Assembly: GCA_049999805.1 (NCBI GenBank)
Contig: JBNGIO010003805.1
Coordinates: forward strand, 1-32,542
DNA: 32,542 nucleotides
Source: Folioceros fuciformis
Taxonomy: Eukaryota
Reading direction: 5' to 3'
Below, piece by piece: positions 29,604 to 32,542 of this stretch. Below the pieces are notes generated by a model. The model had not been told where the DNA came from and did no database searches. It saw nothing but the letters and a program-made list of their open reading frames with translations. Within the stretch, counting starts at the first letter, position 1. Every line of letters begins with the position of its first letter. A program made the position numbers and the translations under genes.

Positions 29604-31787
29604 TTAAGGGGCGTAGAGGTGGGGAGGCAAGCGAGGAGACGGAATGGCCATCAATGGACCGCGGAGCTTGTGGGAGAGGCCCCTGGAGCAGGCGCGCAGG
29701 CTAACAGGATGCTCTGGGGATGCCTGTAGGTGGAAGGAGTGCAGGAGGCGAGCCAGGAGAAGGCCCTGGATCCTAGGGGCCAGCTTGATGCCCAGGCACT
29801 GCCGCTTTCCGCAGCTGAACACCAGCAGCTCCATGTGCTGCCCATTGGCTTCGACGTGTCTAGCAGCCTTCTCATCCATGAATCTCTGCGGCATGAAGCG
29901 GTCGGGGTTGGGCCACACCGCTGGGTCTCGACCGATACCGTAGAAGTTGACGAGCACGTTGCTGTGCGCGGGAATGTGGTAGCCTGCGACCTCCGTCTCC
30001 GTCGGGTTGGAGTGGGGGGACGAGATGGGTGCGGGAGGGTGCAGCCGCCATGACTCCTTTATCACGGCGCGGAGGAAGGGGAGCTGGCCCAGATCCGATT
30101 CTCGGACCACGTGCTCCCGGCCCACCACTGCGTCCAGCTCCTCGTACACGGTGCGGAGATGCTCCGGGTGGGCCAGCAGCTCTGCGAGTGTCCACTCCAG
30201 GGATGTGGCCAAGCTCTCCGTCAAGCCGATCACCGCGAACTGGAAACGGTTGTGTGCCAGAATCAAGTCAGTCCACGTTCTGCTCCAGTTGTACAGTGGT
30301 TGCAAGCCATATGCCACGTGTGGAATGCGTGTATGTACCTGGAAGCCGCCTTTGATGGTGGTGTCCGACAGCGGCTTGCCATTGCCGTCGCGCCACGCCA
30401 GAAGCGACTCCAGCATGTCACGTTCGGCCTCGGGTCGGGGCTTGAGCATCGCCAACTGTGATCGTCGCTCGTCCACCAGGCCTTGGAAGAAGAGGTCTAG
30501 GCGCCTGAAATTGTTGTGTACCCGCTTCCTGTTGGTGTGGTTTAGCAGCACGTCCAGGAACGACAGGTTCGGTAGCACGTCGCCGATGAACACCGAGGTC
30601 ATGAGCTCTGCTGTCTCGCCTACCAGCCCGTAAACGAGTTTCATCCACTCATCCATGGTCTGCACATGTACAGCGTACGAACAAGACATCCAAAGCGGTC
30701 GATCAGGCAGCTAGGCTAGCTTGCTGCAGCTTGCAGTCGATCGATATGGAGGCATCTCAGGCCTAGCCTAGCCTAGGCCTGGGTTTAGGCTTAAGGCTTC
30801 CAACGTTCAGTCACACAATGCTGCAAAAATCGGTTGCATGTATGATCACTTTCCTCACCTCGAGCATAGAGACGCGGTCGGGTTTGTCCCTGCACATGAG
30901 CAGCTCATCTGGATCCGGCAGGTGGCAGTAGCTCTTGCTACAGCAATTCTGTGTGGCGGCATTCATTAACGCGGCGGCGATGGGAGCCGAAAGGTTTATC
31001 GCTGGAGGCTGAGAAGTAGGGGAGGAGAGCGACCAGTTCCGAACGAACTGCATGATCTTGGCGAACTCCCGTTCCCTGCCTGGCAAGTACTTCTGCATCT
31101 GTTTTTCCGTCAGAAACTCCATGAACATCTGCTTCCTGTGAATCACACGGTACACAATACGGGCACAGCAGATGGGGCACGTTTCAGGCGAAGGCAAAGA
31201 GTTCGTGTGGAGAGGGACTCCAAGATATGACACGAGCAGTGAGTTGAATTTGGCCACTGAGGCGAAGGCCGGCCCATGCGCTACCGGCACTGGTGTACGT
31301 ACTTGACAAGAAACTTCCAGGCAGGTCCGTGGGGATCGTAAAATGCCTTCCCGTAGTACAGAAGATTGGAGATGGCGTAGGACGGACTCTGCTTGCGGCG
31401 ATGCGAGAAGAGCTTGTCCTGCTTCTTGAGGAAATGCATGGCCATGTCCGGCGAGTTCACAATCAGGGTGGGAATGTTTCCCACCCACAACAACATGAGA
31501 GGTCCGTGCTGCCGGGACAGGGCCAGCATCTTCTCCTCCACCCTCTGGCTGCCCTGCAGCTGCAACAGATTCCCCAGCACAGGAAGGGGGCGTGGCCCTG
31601 GTGGCAGCCGGGTAATGCTAACGTTTTTGCACGGCTGCTCCGCCACGTTCGCGTGACGATCGTGAGCGGCATCATCAACGTTACCGTTGTCGGACTTGAT
31701 TCTCACCCTGCTCCTCCGAATCCGCTTCAATGTCGCTAGCATTGCGAGAAGGGTGATGGCAGCAGCCACCATCCTCCAGGTCTCCAT
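29604..31787 (-). CDS. Cytochrome P450, CYP71 clan (A-type), ~572 aa
   Basis: Exons 31787-31303, 31135-30859, 30659-30339 and 30239-29604 splice in frame. Motifs are an N-terminal membrane anchor, LPPGPRPLPVLGNL, KESWRLHPP (ExxR), PDRFMPQRF and the heme motif FSCGKRQCLG. Confidence 0.93.
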
Positions 31788-32412
31788 ACCCGGCACCGGA
31801 TGAGAGCGCAGGGGAGAGTCCGGCTGTAAGCTCAGAGCGGCGGGAGGCGACCACGTTCCAGTACGTACAATATCCTACCCAATCCCTTTTGTAGGAGCAG
31901 CCCGCACCCCCGAACACGCAGTCTCCCACCCAGATCCTCTACCGAAACATGGCATCCACACACACCGGCCCGATTTCCACCACTTTTGCACCACCCAAAA
32001 AGTCCATTGGGTCATTATCCCTGTCCACCAGGATCAGCCGAGAGTCCATTGGGACAAGCCTGTCACCGGATCACTCGCCCTATCTCACCATACGATACGA
32101 ATATGGCACACACGACAAGTAGTCCCGTGCAGAGACCTCTCCTCCTGCCACCGGAGCCCAAACCGCCATACCTGCCAAGGTGGGCCGATGCCACGAAGCC
32201 TAATCCCACACTGTCAACCACTGGCTACATACTGTATTTGGTTCCTGCCTGTCCAGACGACGATCACCCAAAGTGCCCATTTGTCCCTTCGTGTCACAAG
32301 CATCCCGACAAAACAGTCCGTTGGCAGCCGCTCGGACCATGCCCACCACATCTATCTCCAAGTTCATTGGAACATGCCGTACGCGACAATATACATACAT
32401 ACATGGATACAG

Positions 32413-32542
32413 AAATGGTCCTCTCCTCTCCTAAATGCTCCTAAATGCTCCTCTCCTCTCCTAAATGCTCCTCTCCTCTCCTAAATGCTCCTCTCCTCTC
32501 CTAAATGCTCCTCTCCTCTCCTAAATGCTCCTCTCCTCTCCT
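32413..32542 (+). repeat. Minisatellite, 20-bp unit CTCTCCTCTCCTAAATGCTC, running off the window end
   Basis: About 6 copies with one extra CTAAATGCTC half unit at 32441. Confidence 0.95.

Noticed and set aside
30007-31739. Plus-strand ORFs 30007..30633 and 31293..31739
   Set aside because: Antisense shadows of GC-rich P450 exons.
31986-32484. Proline-rich ORFs 31986..32444 and 32188..32484
   Set aside because: No known motif; they run into the minisatellite, and the 152-aa ORF starts at TTG.

Overview
Eukaryotic (plant) nuclear DNA, gene-dense, with short introns mostly 70-180 bp. This compact organisation suggests a non-seed land plant such as a hornwort, other bryophyte or lycophyte (inference only). 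From left to right: a decayed non-LTR retrotransposon of fungal Tad1-like type (1-~4480, with a 100-N gap and a second diverged copy before it); an intronless PRL1-interacting-factor-A-like gene carrying a HEXIM-like motif; a ~3.2 kb repeat-rich island bounded by diverged long inverted repeats (probable non-autonomous Mutator-like element whose left tip is amplified into a 9-copy array); CNOT9/RCD1 (9 coding exons, one GC-AG intron); a PADRE/DUF4228 gene; RPL28; a plastid TPR (SG1-like) gene; COM1/GR1/SAE2 head-to-head with SHOC1 (two meiotic recombination genes with 436 bp between start codons); a DUF1499-like gene; a CYP71-clan P450 with a non-canonical I-helix; and a terminal 20-bp minisatellite. 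No rRNA, tRNA or CRISPR array is supported. Family assignments come from recalled motifs, not database searches.
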